The position numbers and the translations under genes are program-made. The notes beneath the pieces were generated by a model. It saw only the letters and a list, made by a program, of their open reading frames with translations. It had not been told where the DNA came from and did not search any database. Positions 25,601-36,128 of a DNA stretch of 64,000 nucleotides are shown here, piece after piece. Each line of letters begins with the position of its first letter. Position 1 is the stretch's first letter. This DNA comes from Scenedesmus sp. PABB004 (lineage: Eukaryota): the NCBI GenBank assembly GCA_014905635.1, contig JABVCE010000039.1, positions 124,001-188,000 on the forward strand, in the 5' to 3' direction.

Positions 25601-28368
25601 CCTGGACCAGCGCGCGCGCGGCGGTGAGCACCGCAGCCGCAATGCGTGTGGCGCCTGCAGCCGCGACCGCCGCCACAACCTTGCCGCCGCCGGCCAGCAC
25701 CGCGGCGGGGCCGGCGGCGACCCGCTGCGGCTCCTGCTGCTGGGCTGGCGGTGGCTGGGCGCGTGCCCACGCCTCCAGCAGCACGAGGTCGAACAGCAGC
25801 GCCGACAGCAACGCTGCTCGCCCCAGATCCGCGTATAGCTGCTGCTCCGGTGACTGCTGCTCCTGCTCCTGCTCCTGGGCAGAGTCGCGTGCCAGGGCGG
25901 CTGACAGGTGCGCCAGCTCGTCCAGCACCGCAGCCAGCATGGCGGAGCCAATCGCTTCGCTCGGCGGCGTGCCGCCGGGCGCCGGCGGCCCCAGCAGCAC
26001 GGCGGCGGTGAAGAGCGCCGCGGCCGCCGCCTGAACATCCGGCAGCTGCAAGCACCTGCGGGTGAGGTCAGGGACAGCAGCACGAGCAGTCAGCATGCGC
26101 GGTGGCGGCGCGCCCCCGCGTCGTGGCTGCCCCCTGCCCCCTGCAGCGCGTGCCCGGCGCCGCGCCGCCGCAGCGCACCGCAGGTTGACCGTGGCCGCCA
26201 AGAGCCGCCCCGGCAGCGCCGAGGCCACGCCCTCCAGCCACGGCGGTGGCGGCTGCTGCAGCGTGAGGCCGGCCAGGCCCATCACGGTCCCGCTCAGCCG
26301 TTCCAGGAGCGCAGCGGCGTCTGCAGCGCCCAGCAGCGGCAGCTGCAGCGTGCGTGCCGTGGCGGCCCACACCCTCTCAAACCCGCAGCCGACGCCGCCG
26401 CCTCCGTGCGCCGCGGCGCCGGCTTCCGCGTCAGCCGACGCGCCCCACAGCCCCAGTCCAAGCCCCGCCAGCGCCGCCGCGGCCTCGCAGGCGTCGGGGT
26501 CGCGCTGCGCCGCGGCGCAGCTGCGCTCGTGCGCGGCCACTAAGAGCCCGCCTGCGTCGTCCAGCAGCGCGCGGCAGCCGGGGACAGCAGGCCCCGCCGC
26601 AGCGCACAGGATGGCCACCAGGCACGACAGCAGCACGAGAAACGTCTGCGACTGCTCCGCCGCCGCCTGCTGCTCCGCCTGCTGCTCGCCGTGCGCCGGC
26701 AGCGCGGGCGCCTGCTCGCGCGCGTCGGACGCGCCCTCCGCGTCTGCCGGCGGCGGCAGCAGCTGCCGCAGGTCGGCCAGCACCTTGGTCGCCACGTCCT
26801 GCACCAGCTCCGGCTCCTGCTGCCACGCGGGCCTGCATGCTGCCAGCACGCGCGTGATGAGGTGCCTGCCCGGTGGCGGCGCGGCGCGTCGGTGGGGCGG
26901 CGTGCGCCTGCTGCCCGCCCGCAAGGACTGTCGCCGGCCGCGCAGCGCCACGCGCCGAGCGCTGCTGCGCACCTGTCGCGCGCCTGCAGCCCCGGCTCCA
27001 GCGACCAGCCCAGCAGCAGGTCCACCAGGTCGCGCAGCACAGCGCCTGCGGCGCCCGCGGCGGCTCGGCTGCCCGCCTGCGTGCCGGCGCGCCCCGAGCC
27101 GGCACGGCCCCGTCCACGCACCGGTGATGGTGGCGGCGTCCACACGGATCGCCTCCAGCAGGAGCTCCAGCAGCGGCGCCAGGAGCGCCGGCGGCGTGGC
27201 CGCCGCTTCCAGGAGCGACTGCACCGCGCCCACCGCGGCCGCCGCGTGCTTCCGCAGCTGCGCTGCCGCGGCCGGCGGCACGGGCAGGCCGGCAGCGGGC
27301 GCCGCCGGCGCGGGCGCGGGGCCGGCGCCGAGCGGTGCGTCTCCGCCGCAGGCGGGCAGCTGCTGAAGCGCGTAGGTGAGTGCCCTGGCGATGAGGGTGC
27401 GCAACGCCAGCGGCGCGGGCCCGCCCGCCGGCAGCGCCACCTCGCCCGTGAGCAGGGGCAGCAGCCAGTCGAACAGCAGCCCGGGAGGGGGCGGCGGGGC
27501 ACCGGCGCGGGATGGCGCCGGCGCGGAGGGCGACGCCTCGTCGCCGCCCAGCGGCGGGGAGGTGGTGGTGGGTGGGGCGCCGCCGGCGGCGGCACCAGCG
27601 GCGACGGCGGCGGCCTGCGTCGCGGCCACGAGGCCGCCCAGCAGGCCCAGCAGCGGCGCGGCCGCGGCCAGCACCTGCGGGCTGGCATCCCAGAGGCAGC
27701 CGACCAGGAGCGGCCAGCTGGGCAGCAGGGCGTGAAGCAGCGCGGCCACGCTCACAGGCCTGCGCGCGGCGCGCGGGCGCGTCGGCGCCCGGCAGTGCAG
27801 GGCGGCGCGCGGCGGCGCGGCGGCGCGCGGCGGTGCGGGGCGCACGACGCCCGCGCCTCTGCGCGCAGCTGGATCACCTGGCGGCCTGGTGCGCAGCAAG
27901 CACGGCGTGCAGCTTGGACAGTGCGGCGGCGCGCGCCTCCGGCTGCGCGGTGGCGTCCAGCGCCACACCCAGCTCACGCTGCAGCGCGTGCGCCGCCGGC
28001 TGCGAGCCGCCGCCGCTGCCGCCGCTGCCGTTGCTGCCGCTGCCCCGCCCGCCGCTGCCCCGCCCGCCGCCGCCGCTGGCCCGCCCGCCGCCGCCGCCCC
28101 GCCCGCCGCGCGCCCGGAGCGCGGGCATGGCGGCGCGTGGTGGTTGGGAGGGGGATGAGGGGCGATCAGGTCACCATGGGATGCGGCCGCCGGCGATGGC
28201 GGCCTGCGCGGCGCGCGGGAGCGGCGGTCGGACAGCAGCAGCGGCGCCGCGCTGCTGCTGCCAACCGCCGCCGGCCCGCGGCAGCAACGCACCCGGCGCC
28301 GCCGTGGCGCGTCCGGCAGGGGCGTAGCGATCGAAAACGGCCCGCGCCGCCGCCGCCGCGCCCGGCAT
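13698..28368 (-). CDS. SMG1: Serine/threonine-protein kinase SMG1 (PIKK family, nonsense-mediated decay); multi-exon
   Basis: Kinase motifs VLPTKTRPKRL..FLLKGRDDLRVDERVMQ and GWLLGLGDRHLDNLLL..LVHIDFSVCFDKG..VPEVVPFRLT. Long insertion between kinase and FATC; FATC ends TSVDRLSRMYEGWAPWI*. Also EAARHCVSARLRTHLG and FFAGNRKVCEEWLAR. Start at 28368 is the best candidate, not certain. Confidence 0.93.
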
Positions 28369-28939
28369 CGCGCTGGGCGGGAGGTTTTGGCCGCGCTCGG
28401 CGCCAGCGGAGGCGTGCGCAGTCAGTCTCTGCGGTGCCAGTGGCTGCGTGTGTGTCCGGGCCGGGTGTGCGGGGGCGGGACGGGCGGGTGGCGAGGGCGC
28501 GCGCCGCCCGAAGGGCGGGGTTCCAGCGCGCGCCGCGCTCCGCGCCTGGAGCCTCCAGCCGCGTCCCCGCCCTCCCACACCACCGCCACCACACGCCCCT
28601 TCGCCTCTCCGGTGCCTCACCAGCGCGCCGCAGCCGCACGCCGCACCGCTGCGCCGCTGCTGCTGCGCGGCGGCAACTCGCCGTTTGCGCCGCCGCGCCG
28701 CCGTGGGAGCTGCTGCTCGCGCCGGGCGACTCGCCACAGTCTCAAGCGCGCGCACACGGCAGACGGGTGCGCCTCGTGCAGGCGGTGGCCAAGGCCGTCG
28801 GAGCTGGTGCGCGCGGCGGGGCGTGGCGCGCGGCGCGCCACCGGCCGCCCGTCCGTGCTCAGCGCCCGACCCCCCCCCCCCCACACACACACACACGCGC
28901 GGCGCAGCACCAGCGGCCACTATGACCAGGAAGTAGCAG

Positions 28940-29205
28940 GTCAACAAGCGGGCGTGCGGGGCCGGCCCGGATAGTTGCGTCCGTGCGACCCTCGGCTCAC
29001 CGCGCCCTGGGTCGAGCCGGCCCGTGCGCAAGGCCTTCCGCTTCCGCTTTAACAGCACTAAGCACGAGACGTCGGGCGGGCTTGTGTTCTGTGGCCGCGC
29101 GTGCCTCGAGGCATGGCGGGCGCAGAAGCAGCAGACGCGGCCCGGCGGCCCGGGACCGGGCGTGGCGCTGGCGCAGCAGCGCCAGCAGCAGCCGCAGCCG
29201 CAGCC

Positions 29206-29250
<45 letters not shown>

Positions 29251-29971
29251 CCAGCAGCCGCAGCAGCCGCAGCTTGCCGCCGGCCTGCGCGGCACGGCTT
29301 TCGCGTTCCTGCCGGCGCCAGCGCTGCTCTTTGTTTCCAGCACGTCGGCGGGGTCGTCGGCGGCGATGCTGGCGCCCGTGGCGGGGCAGCAGCTGCTGGC
29401 GGCGGCCCTGCGGCAGCAGGCAGCCGCGGGGCTGGCGTCGGAGGCCTCGGCCGAGCAGCCGGCGGCAGCGCAGGTGCAGCGGCCAGCAGCACCAGCAGGC
29501 GCGCGCGGTGGTGGCGCGGCTGCCGCCCTGGCCACGGCCGCCCACCAGAGCGGCCCGGCGACGCAGCCCCAGCCCGCGAGCTCGACGGCGGCCCAGGCCA
29601 GTGCACCTGCAGCGGCCGAGGCGGCAGCAGGCGCCGCCGGCCCGCAGGCTGCAGCCCGCGGCGACTGCCCGCTGCCGCCCGGCTACGCGCTGCCAGCGTA
29701 CGGCGGGCTGGAGGCGGCGGAGTCGGCGCTGTGGGGCCTCGTGGACATGGACTGCCTGGCCGCGCCGGCCGAGCAGCTGGAGCAGCTGGAGGCGGCCATG
29801 CAGGCCATGCGGGGGCCGGCCGGGCAGGGGACGGCCGCTGGTGACCCGGGCGGCCGGCTGGTGCACTTTGAGCTCAACTACCACAAGCTGCGCAACTGGG
29901 TGGCGCGCCGCAACACGCCGCACATCCAGCGGGTGCTGCGCGAGCTGCTGCAAGACGCGCTCGGCGGCTGA
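28940..29971 (+). CDS. Hypothetical protein (last or main exon): Cys4 TRASH/FCS-like finger, polyQ linker, helical C-terminal domain; 5' end unresolved
   Basis: Open frame after a candidate acceptor (tagcag|gtc): ACGAGPDSC...LVFCGRACLEAW, (CAG)n tract, and protein-like tail ESALWGLVDMDCL...HFELNYHKLRNWVARRNTPHIQRVLRELL. Confidence 0.5.
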
Positions 29972-30342
29972 CGGGGCTCAGGTACTGAACCCGCGGCGGG
30001 CGCTCGCGCGCGCGGCGCAGTTGCATGCGTTGCGCCGGCTGTGGGGGCGATTGTGGATGCGGGAGCTGTGTGACGAGGTTCCCGCAGGCGCCTCGCGCTC
30101 GCTTCCCGCGCCCTGGCCTCTCTGGGCCTGCGCGCTCACCGGAGCGGCCGGAGGGTGCCACCCGCAGGTGGCTGTCAAGGTGCGCGCGGCCGCCGTCTCC
30201 CGGCGCAGCAGGGGGCTGTGCTGACGCGCCGGTGCGCGTGCGCGCGGTCAGGCGGCGGCGGCGGCCGCGCGCCGACCCCCGTGACGCCAGCTGACCGGCC
30301 CGCTGTGCCGCGCGTCTCTCCTGACAAGCGGTGCGCCATCTC

Positions 30343-30980
30343 ATGGCCGATCGGCGGGGGGACCACAGGCGACGGGTGCGGGAGGACGAGCCAGGCGGCG
30401 AACCCCCGCCTCTGCCGCCCGCCCGGTAGCCGCCGCCCGCCCGCCCGCCTGCGCGCCGCGCAGCTCCAAGGAGGAGCGCCGGCGGGGTGGCCGGGCGGAG
30501 GTCGAGCGCCTCACAGCCGAGCTGCAGAGCAAGCTGGAGCTGCTCGAACAGACGCAGCAGCAGCACGCCGCCAGCAGACATGAGGTGAGGTGGGCAGTGG
30601 GCGCCCGCCTGGTGCTGCTGGGATGTGATGTGCCGCAAGGGCGCTCCCCTGCGGCCCTGCGCAGCCGCGCGGGCAGCGACGGCCCGCCGACCGCTGCTGC
30701 AGGATCAGCTTGCTGTTCACTCTGTGGCAGATTATGTGATGGACATCTGGAAGATGCGGGACACCGTCCTTAAGGGGCGCGGGACCAATGGGCGCGAGCC
30801 TGTGGTGTAACTATCTTTATCTTTATCTTTATCTTTGCTGCCGCCGACCGCCGCCGCTGCCGCCGCCGCCCGCAGCACGACCTGCTGGTCGGCTACTGCG
30901 ACGCGCTGCAGTGGGCCCTGGAGCACATGGCGGCTGGCCAGCAGCAGCAGAGCGACGACGGCGACGATGACACCAGCTCA
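30343..30980 (+). pseudogene. 3'-truncated copy 1 of the coiled-coil (bZIP/DOG1-like) cassette gene
   Basis: Encodes RRRGGRAEVERLTAELQSKLELLEQTQQQHAASRHE|HDLLVGYCDALQWALEHMAAGQQQQSDDGDDDTSS, near-identical to the genes at 43507-45031 and 61826-63351. Homology stops at 30980. Confidence 0.85.
30701..30836 (+). mobile_element. 5'-truncated non-LTR retrotransposon 3' end with (CTTTAT)n tail
   Basis: Low-GC insert absent from the paralogous introns. ORF end DQLAVHSVADYVMDIWKMRDTVLKGRGTNGREPVV* is followed directly by CTATCTTTATCTTTATCTTTATCTTT. Imperfect flanking repeat CCGCCGACCGCYGCYGC at 30684-30700 and 30841-30857. Confidence 0.75.
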
Positions 30981-33261
30981 ATTACCCTGTGCACGGGTCA
31001 TTGGGGGGCGCAACCTACACCCTACTCCGCGCCGCCAACACCGCCGCAACTCCGCCTCACCCGCGATGTTGCGCGCCCACCGCCACCGCCACCAGGCGCT
31101 GTTTCACGGGCGCTGCCGGCAGCGGGGGGAGGTGATCCCAGAGAATGCTGGGTCGCGGCGTGCCAGGCACGCCTTCGCCTACCCCCAAGCCAGGCAGCCA
31201 GCCCGCGCGAGCGCCGCGTTTCCGCTCCCGCAGCCGCAGCAACAGTGCGCGAACACGCGGGCCGGCCGCCGGCGGCGAGGCCGGCGGCCGTGCACTGCCG
31301 GGGGCTGCTCATCATCTGGGCATGGGCCTTGGCGAGGCCCCCCGAGTCAGCGCAGCGGTCCTGCACGTACTGGCTCCCCACGACGGCGGCAGCAGCGCTC
31401 GTCGGGGCCTGCGCGGCGGCGCGGGGCGCGGGGCAGGGCGGTGGGGATGGCGCCGCGCGGCGTCGTCGCGGCGCGGGCGCTTGGCGGGCTGCGCGCTCCC
31501 GCTCCCCGTGCCGCACCCAGCCTCGACCATGCCCCGGGCGCGGCTGCGGCGCGGTGCGTTGCCGGCCGCCCCCGCGCGGGCGTACGCCACGCGTGGCGCC
31601 AAGTCCTGCAGTCAACCCTGCGGCCGCCGGCGGGCGCGGGCGGGGGCGTCGCTCAGCGGGGGCGGGCCGAAGGCCCGCGACCGCCCACGCGGCGCGCGGG
31701 CTCGCTGACAGCCGCTGCGCGCCAGGGTCGCCGCTGGCGCACCGCGCATGCGCCCCCCCGCGCCCCGGCCGCGCGCGGGCCCGCCCGCGTCCGGCGCGCA
31801 CCTCCAGGCCTGCCCAGCATCTCGTCGATCCCCAGAGGACGATGAGAGCCCCGGCGGGCGGCCAGGCCGATCCGGGTGGGGAGGGGGGGGGGGGCGCGAA
31901 GCGTCGCTCTGGCGCGGCCTGCGGGGCGCGCCGACGGACGTGCGGGATGGCGGGCGTGAGTCCGGCGGGCGGCGCGGTGCGCGGCGGCCCTGGTCGATGA
32001 TGCTTCGCGAAGGGCGGGAAAGCGCCGCCCCCACCGCGGCGCGCCGCGCGTGGCGCCGCGCGCGCCGTCCCGACGTCGGGACGGCGCCCGCACACACCTG
32101 GCGGCCGGCTGGAAGAGCTTGCAGCGCCGGCGCCGTCCAGGCGCGGGTCTGGGCGCCCGCCGGGAGGCGGGCGCCCTCGCCGCGTCGCCTGGGGGGCGCG
32201 TGGGGTCGCCCAGCGGGCGGGGAGGCGTGCGGGCCGGGGAGAGAGAGAGAGGAGCGCAGAGCGACGGCGGATTTATTGGGCGAGAGAGCGAAAAATCGGC
32301 GAGGTCTGCGCTGAACCCCTGCCCTGGATATTTTTGCAGAAGGCTCCGGCTCGGCCCGCCCAGCCGCTGCAGAGCCTTCGGTGACCGCTGGCAAGCCGCT
32401 GAGGTGCGCCCCGGGCACGGGCGGGGAGGGCAGGGGGGCGCTTGGGGGGGAGGGCCTGCTCTAGCCCCCCGCGGCCGCCCGGGCGCCCAGCGGCTGCCAG
32501 ATTCCCCGTGCCGCCATGGTCGGTGTCATACCGCCATGATCACGCCCGCCCGCCGCCCGCCGGCGCCCGCAGGAGCGACGGCAGCGGTGAGCGTGGACCG
32601 GCCTTCCCCGCGCGCCCCGCTCGCCACACGCCCCGTCAGAGCCGCCTGGTCTGCGGGTCAGACGTAATCAAGCACTGGCAGCGGCGGCCGGGTGCGGCGG
32701 GCTTCCGTGCGGCTGGGGCAGGGGCGCGGCGGCGGTGGCGCCGCGCCGCCGTGCACCCGCGCACCCGCACGCGCCACGCCGCGCGTCCCGCAGGACCGAG
32801 CAGCACCCAGCGGCGCGCCCCCCGCGGCACGCGGCCGCGCGGGCACGATGCTGCTGCAGAGGTGCGGGCCGGGCACGGGCCTGCGTGGCAGTGGTCGGCG
32901 GCGGGCCGTTGCACGAGAGCGTCTCACGCCCCGTCCGCACCTGCCCGCAGCTCGATGCCCCGGCGCGTGCGCCTCAAGCCGGCGAGCTTGATTCAGTCGC
33001 GGGGCGGCGCGCTGCGCATCACCACCGGGCCGGCCCACCACCGCGACGCGCAGGCCGCTGGGCTGGCCTGGTACACCACCCGGCCGGCCGCCGGGGACCG
33101 CGGCGCGGCGGCCCTGGCAGACATGGGCCTCGTCGCGCACAGCCCGTCCGGCGAGCGCAACCGCTGCGCGCCGCGCGCGCTGGCGGTGGCGCCGCCCAGC
33201 GGGACGACGGCCAGCTGTGCGGCCAGCTGTGCGGCGGCGCTGTCCTACCTTATGACAACGC
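30979..33261. mobile_element. Unclassified 2.3-kb insertion bounded by the 12-bp direct repeat ATGACACCAGCT
   Basis: ATGACACCAGCT at 30967-30978 and 33262-33273. The intact paralog (copy 2) has it once. No TIR, tail, transposase or RT motif seen. Confidence 0.55.
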
Positions 33262-33277
33262 ATGACACCAGCTGTCG

Positions 33278-33369
33278 ACGAGCTCGGGCGGCCTCGGGCG
33301 AGCTGTCAAGGCTGACACCGAAGCTGGGAGGCTGCACGGCTGGGTGCGGCGCGGCAAACTTCGGGGAGG
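33278..33369 (+). repeat. Remnant of the cassette 3' flank containing the TGTCAA...TGACA palindrome
   Basis: gctcgggcg..ctcgggcgagctgtcaaggctgacaccgaa..ggaggctgcacggctgggtgcgg..cggcaaact matches about 63624-63710 (+) and 43160-43238 (-). Confidence 0.85.
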
Positions 33370-33570
33370 CCGCCGCAGCGCGGGCCGGTGTTACGGCGGG
33401 CGCGGCGGCGCACACTCAAATTCTTCACCTCGCTCCCCCGCCGCCGTCCGCGAGCTGGCGCGCCTCCCGTCACCGGCGGTCGTTGGCTTCGCCGCCGCAG
33501 GCAGCGGGTGCAGGCAGCAGGAAAAGCAGCCTTCTTCTCAGCCCGCGACCTCCTCCTCCCGTCGCCCGCC

Positions 33571-35844
33571 ATGGCGGAGGTCGTGGCGAAGCGCCTGGAG
33601 TTTGATCCGACCGAGACGCTGTCCGCCACGCGGCTGCAGGCGGAGGCGGCGCTGGCTGAGCTCTCCAAGTGCGGGGATGCGCGAACTCGCGCGCCCCGCC
33701 GCGCCGCGCGGGCGCGGCAGCTGCCCGCCGCTGCTCCAGGGACTCCCCTCGCCGCCGTCGTGGCGCCGCAGGACGGTGCAGGAGCTGGCGGGCGCGGCGC
33801 GGGGCAAGCAGGCGCAGATTGTGGAGCTGGGGAAGCAGAGCGCGGAGCAGGGCATCGGCGACAACGACCTCAAGCGCCTCAAGCGCCAGTTCGACTCTAA
33901 CAAGGCCACGTACGTCAACATCGACCAGAAAACGCGCTTCATGGCGGGTGCGCGCGCGGCGCCGCGCGCAACCGCCGCGCGCGCCGCACGCCCGCGCACG
34001 CCGCGCGACGCCGGCGCTGCCGCCGCAGGCCTGGCGGGGCTGGAGGTGGACATCCCCGCCTGGGAGGCGGCGCGGGACCAGCACGAGGCGGCGCTCAAGG
34101 CGGAGGCGGAGGCGCTGCGCGGCCTCAAGGCCAGCAACGAGGCCGCCCGCAGCAGGGCGGCGGGCCTGGGCGCGCACGTCGCGCAGCAGTACGCGCTCGT
34201 GGACGCCGCCACCGCTGCGACGACGGCGCAGCTCGACGCGACTGCGGCGGTGCTCGCGCAGCCGCCGCGGCCGCGGCCGGCGGCGGAGGGCGCCGCGTCG
34301 CTCGGCCCCGGGCCGGACGAGGTGCGCGGCGCGACGCGCAAGCCGCGGCAGCCCGCGGCCGCGCCAGCGGCCGTGCCGTCAACCGCGGCGGCCGACGCGC
34401 GCGCCGTCGCAGGCCGAGACGCAGCAGCAGGTCGAGCGCGTGACGGCGCTGGTGCGCGACGCGGAGCGGTCCATCGCGGCGGCGGAGGTGGGCGGCGCCC
34501 GCGCCCGGCGGCGCCGCCAGGCGTGGCGGCCGCAGCGCGCAGCACACGCCCCCGGCCGCCGCCGCAGGCCGAGCGCGCCGAGCTGGAGGCGGCCAACGCG
34601 GCCAAGGCGCAGCAGCTGGCGGCGCTGCGCGCAGAGGTGGAGCGCATGGAGCTGGTCGCCTCGGACCGCATGCGCGCCGCCGACGAGGGCACACACGCCC
34701 GCGACCGCGCCGCCTGGTGCGCGCCGCGCGCCTGCCGCTGCTGCCAGGCCGCCGTGCTCGCCGGCCCACGCGCTCGCCCGCCCGCTCGCCGTCCCCGCGT
34801 GCTGCAGGTGCGAGGCGCTGCTGGGCTTCGTGTCGGGGCTGAGCGGCGTGAGCCTCGTGGCCGCCAGCGCGGAGCAGCTCGTGCTGGGCATCCGCCTGGC
34901 GCTGCCCACCAGCCGCGGCGACGACGCGGGTGGGTGGCGTGGCCCGGCCAGGGGCGCGGCGGCGCAGCTCGCTCGCAGCGGGCCGCGCACGGCGTGCGCG
35001 CCCACCTGCCGCCACCGCCCGCGCGCCCGCCCGCGCGCCCGCCCGCGCGCCCGCCCGCGCGCCCGCCCGCGCGCGCGCCCCTCTCGCCCGGCAGCCATGC
35101 GTGAGGTGTCGCACGAGCTGTCGCTGCAGCTGCTGCCGCGCGACGGCGGCGCGCCGCTGCTCGCTGGCGGGCGGCTGACCCCGGCGGTGGCGAACGCCAA
35201 GGCGCTGCTGGAGCGCGCGGCAAACGGCAGCGAGGCAGACCTGCCGGGCCTGGTGCGCTGCTGCGGGGGCGGCTGTGGGCGGCCGGCAGCAGCAGCGGCA
35301 GCAGCCGAGCCTGGCCGCCGGCTGAGCGGGGGCGCTGAGACGCCGCCCGCGCGCGCCGCACGCGCAGGTCGCTGAGGTGCGTGCCCGCCTGCTGGCGTAC
35401 TGGCAGCGCCAGGTGCTCGTCGAGGCGGCGGCGGAGGTCTTCCCGCCCAGCAGCAGCAGCCGCGGGCCGCCGCACGTGCGTGCGGTGCTGCCCAGCCAGG
35501 TGCGCCGGGGCGCCGCGCTCCACAGGCGGCGGGGGCTGCTGCGCCGCAGGCGCGACCTCGCCGCGCGCGCCGCCACCGCTGGCGTCAGCCCCGCCGCCCG
35601 CGGCGCCCGCGCCGCCCCGCAGACCGAGGCCGAGGTGCTGGTGCCCTGGGGCTGGCCCTGCGGCGGGCAGCGCCTGCAGCTGGTGGAGCTGTCCTGCCCC
35701 GCGCTCGCTCCCGAGGCGGCCGCGGCGCTGCAGGCGGCGATCAACGCCGACGCCGGCCTCGCCGCCGGCGCCGACCTGGCGGGCCTGCTGCGGCACGTCG
35801 CGGCCGCAGTCGAGGCGCGCCTTGCTGACGCCGACGCAGCCTGA
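33571..35844 (+). CDS. Probable outer-kinetochore protein of the Zwint-1/Sos7/Kre28 family; multi-exon
   Basis: LKRLKRQFDSNKATYVNIDQKTRFMAGL...HEAALKAEAEALRGLKASNEAARSRAAGLGAHVAQQYALV resembles my recollection of the Sos7 domain pattern. Followed by coiled coil and RWD-like segments (HELSLQLLP..GGRLTP; EAEVLVPWGWP..LQLVEL). Confidence 0.6.
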
Positions 35845-35974
35845 GGCGGCGCGGCGCGGGGGTGGCGCGCGATCCGACTCCCCCAAGTGGGGTCTGACCA
35901 CTTGACGCCCTGACGGCGCGCACTGACGGGTGCGGACGCTCCGACGGCGCAGCACCGCCCACAACCGCGTCACA

Positions 35975-35979
35975 TGTAA
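35975..35979 (+). promoter_or_regulatory. Chlorophyte polyadenylation signal TGTAA
   Basis: TGTAA about 130 nt after the stop of the Zwint-like gene, in otherwise AT-poor sequence. Confidence 0.6.
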
Positions 35980-36128
35980 CATCGTTGCTCTGGCCCGGGA
36001 GTGAGCTGCCGGGGTCGCCGCGCGCGCTGCGAGTCTCGCGCGTCCCGCTGGTTTCAACCGAAAGGCCAGCGCCGCCAGCAGCGTGCGCTCTGTCGCGCCG
36101 AGCTGAAACCGAGCTGTTCGTTGCGAGA

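Noticed and set aside
30927..32000. 357-aa ORF that reads from cassette copy 1 into the insert, as a possible chimeric gene
   Set aside because: Beyond 30980 it is low-complexity with no recognisable domain; open frames of this length arise by chance here.
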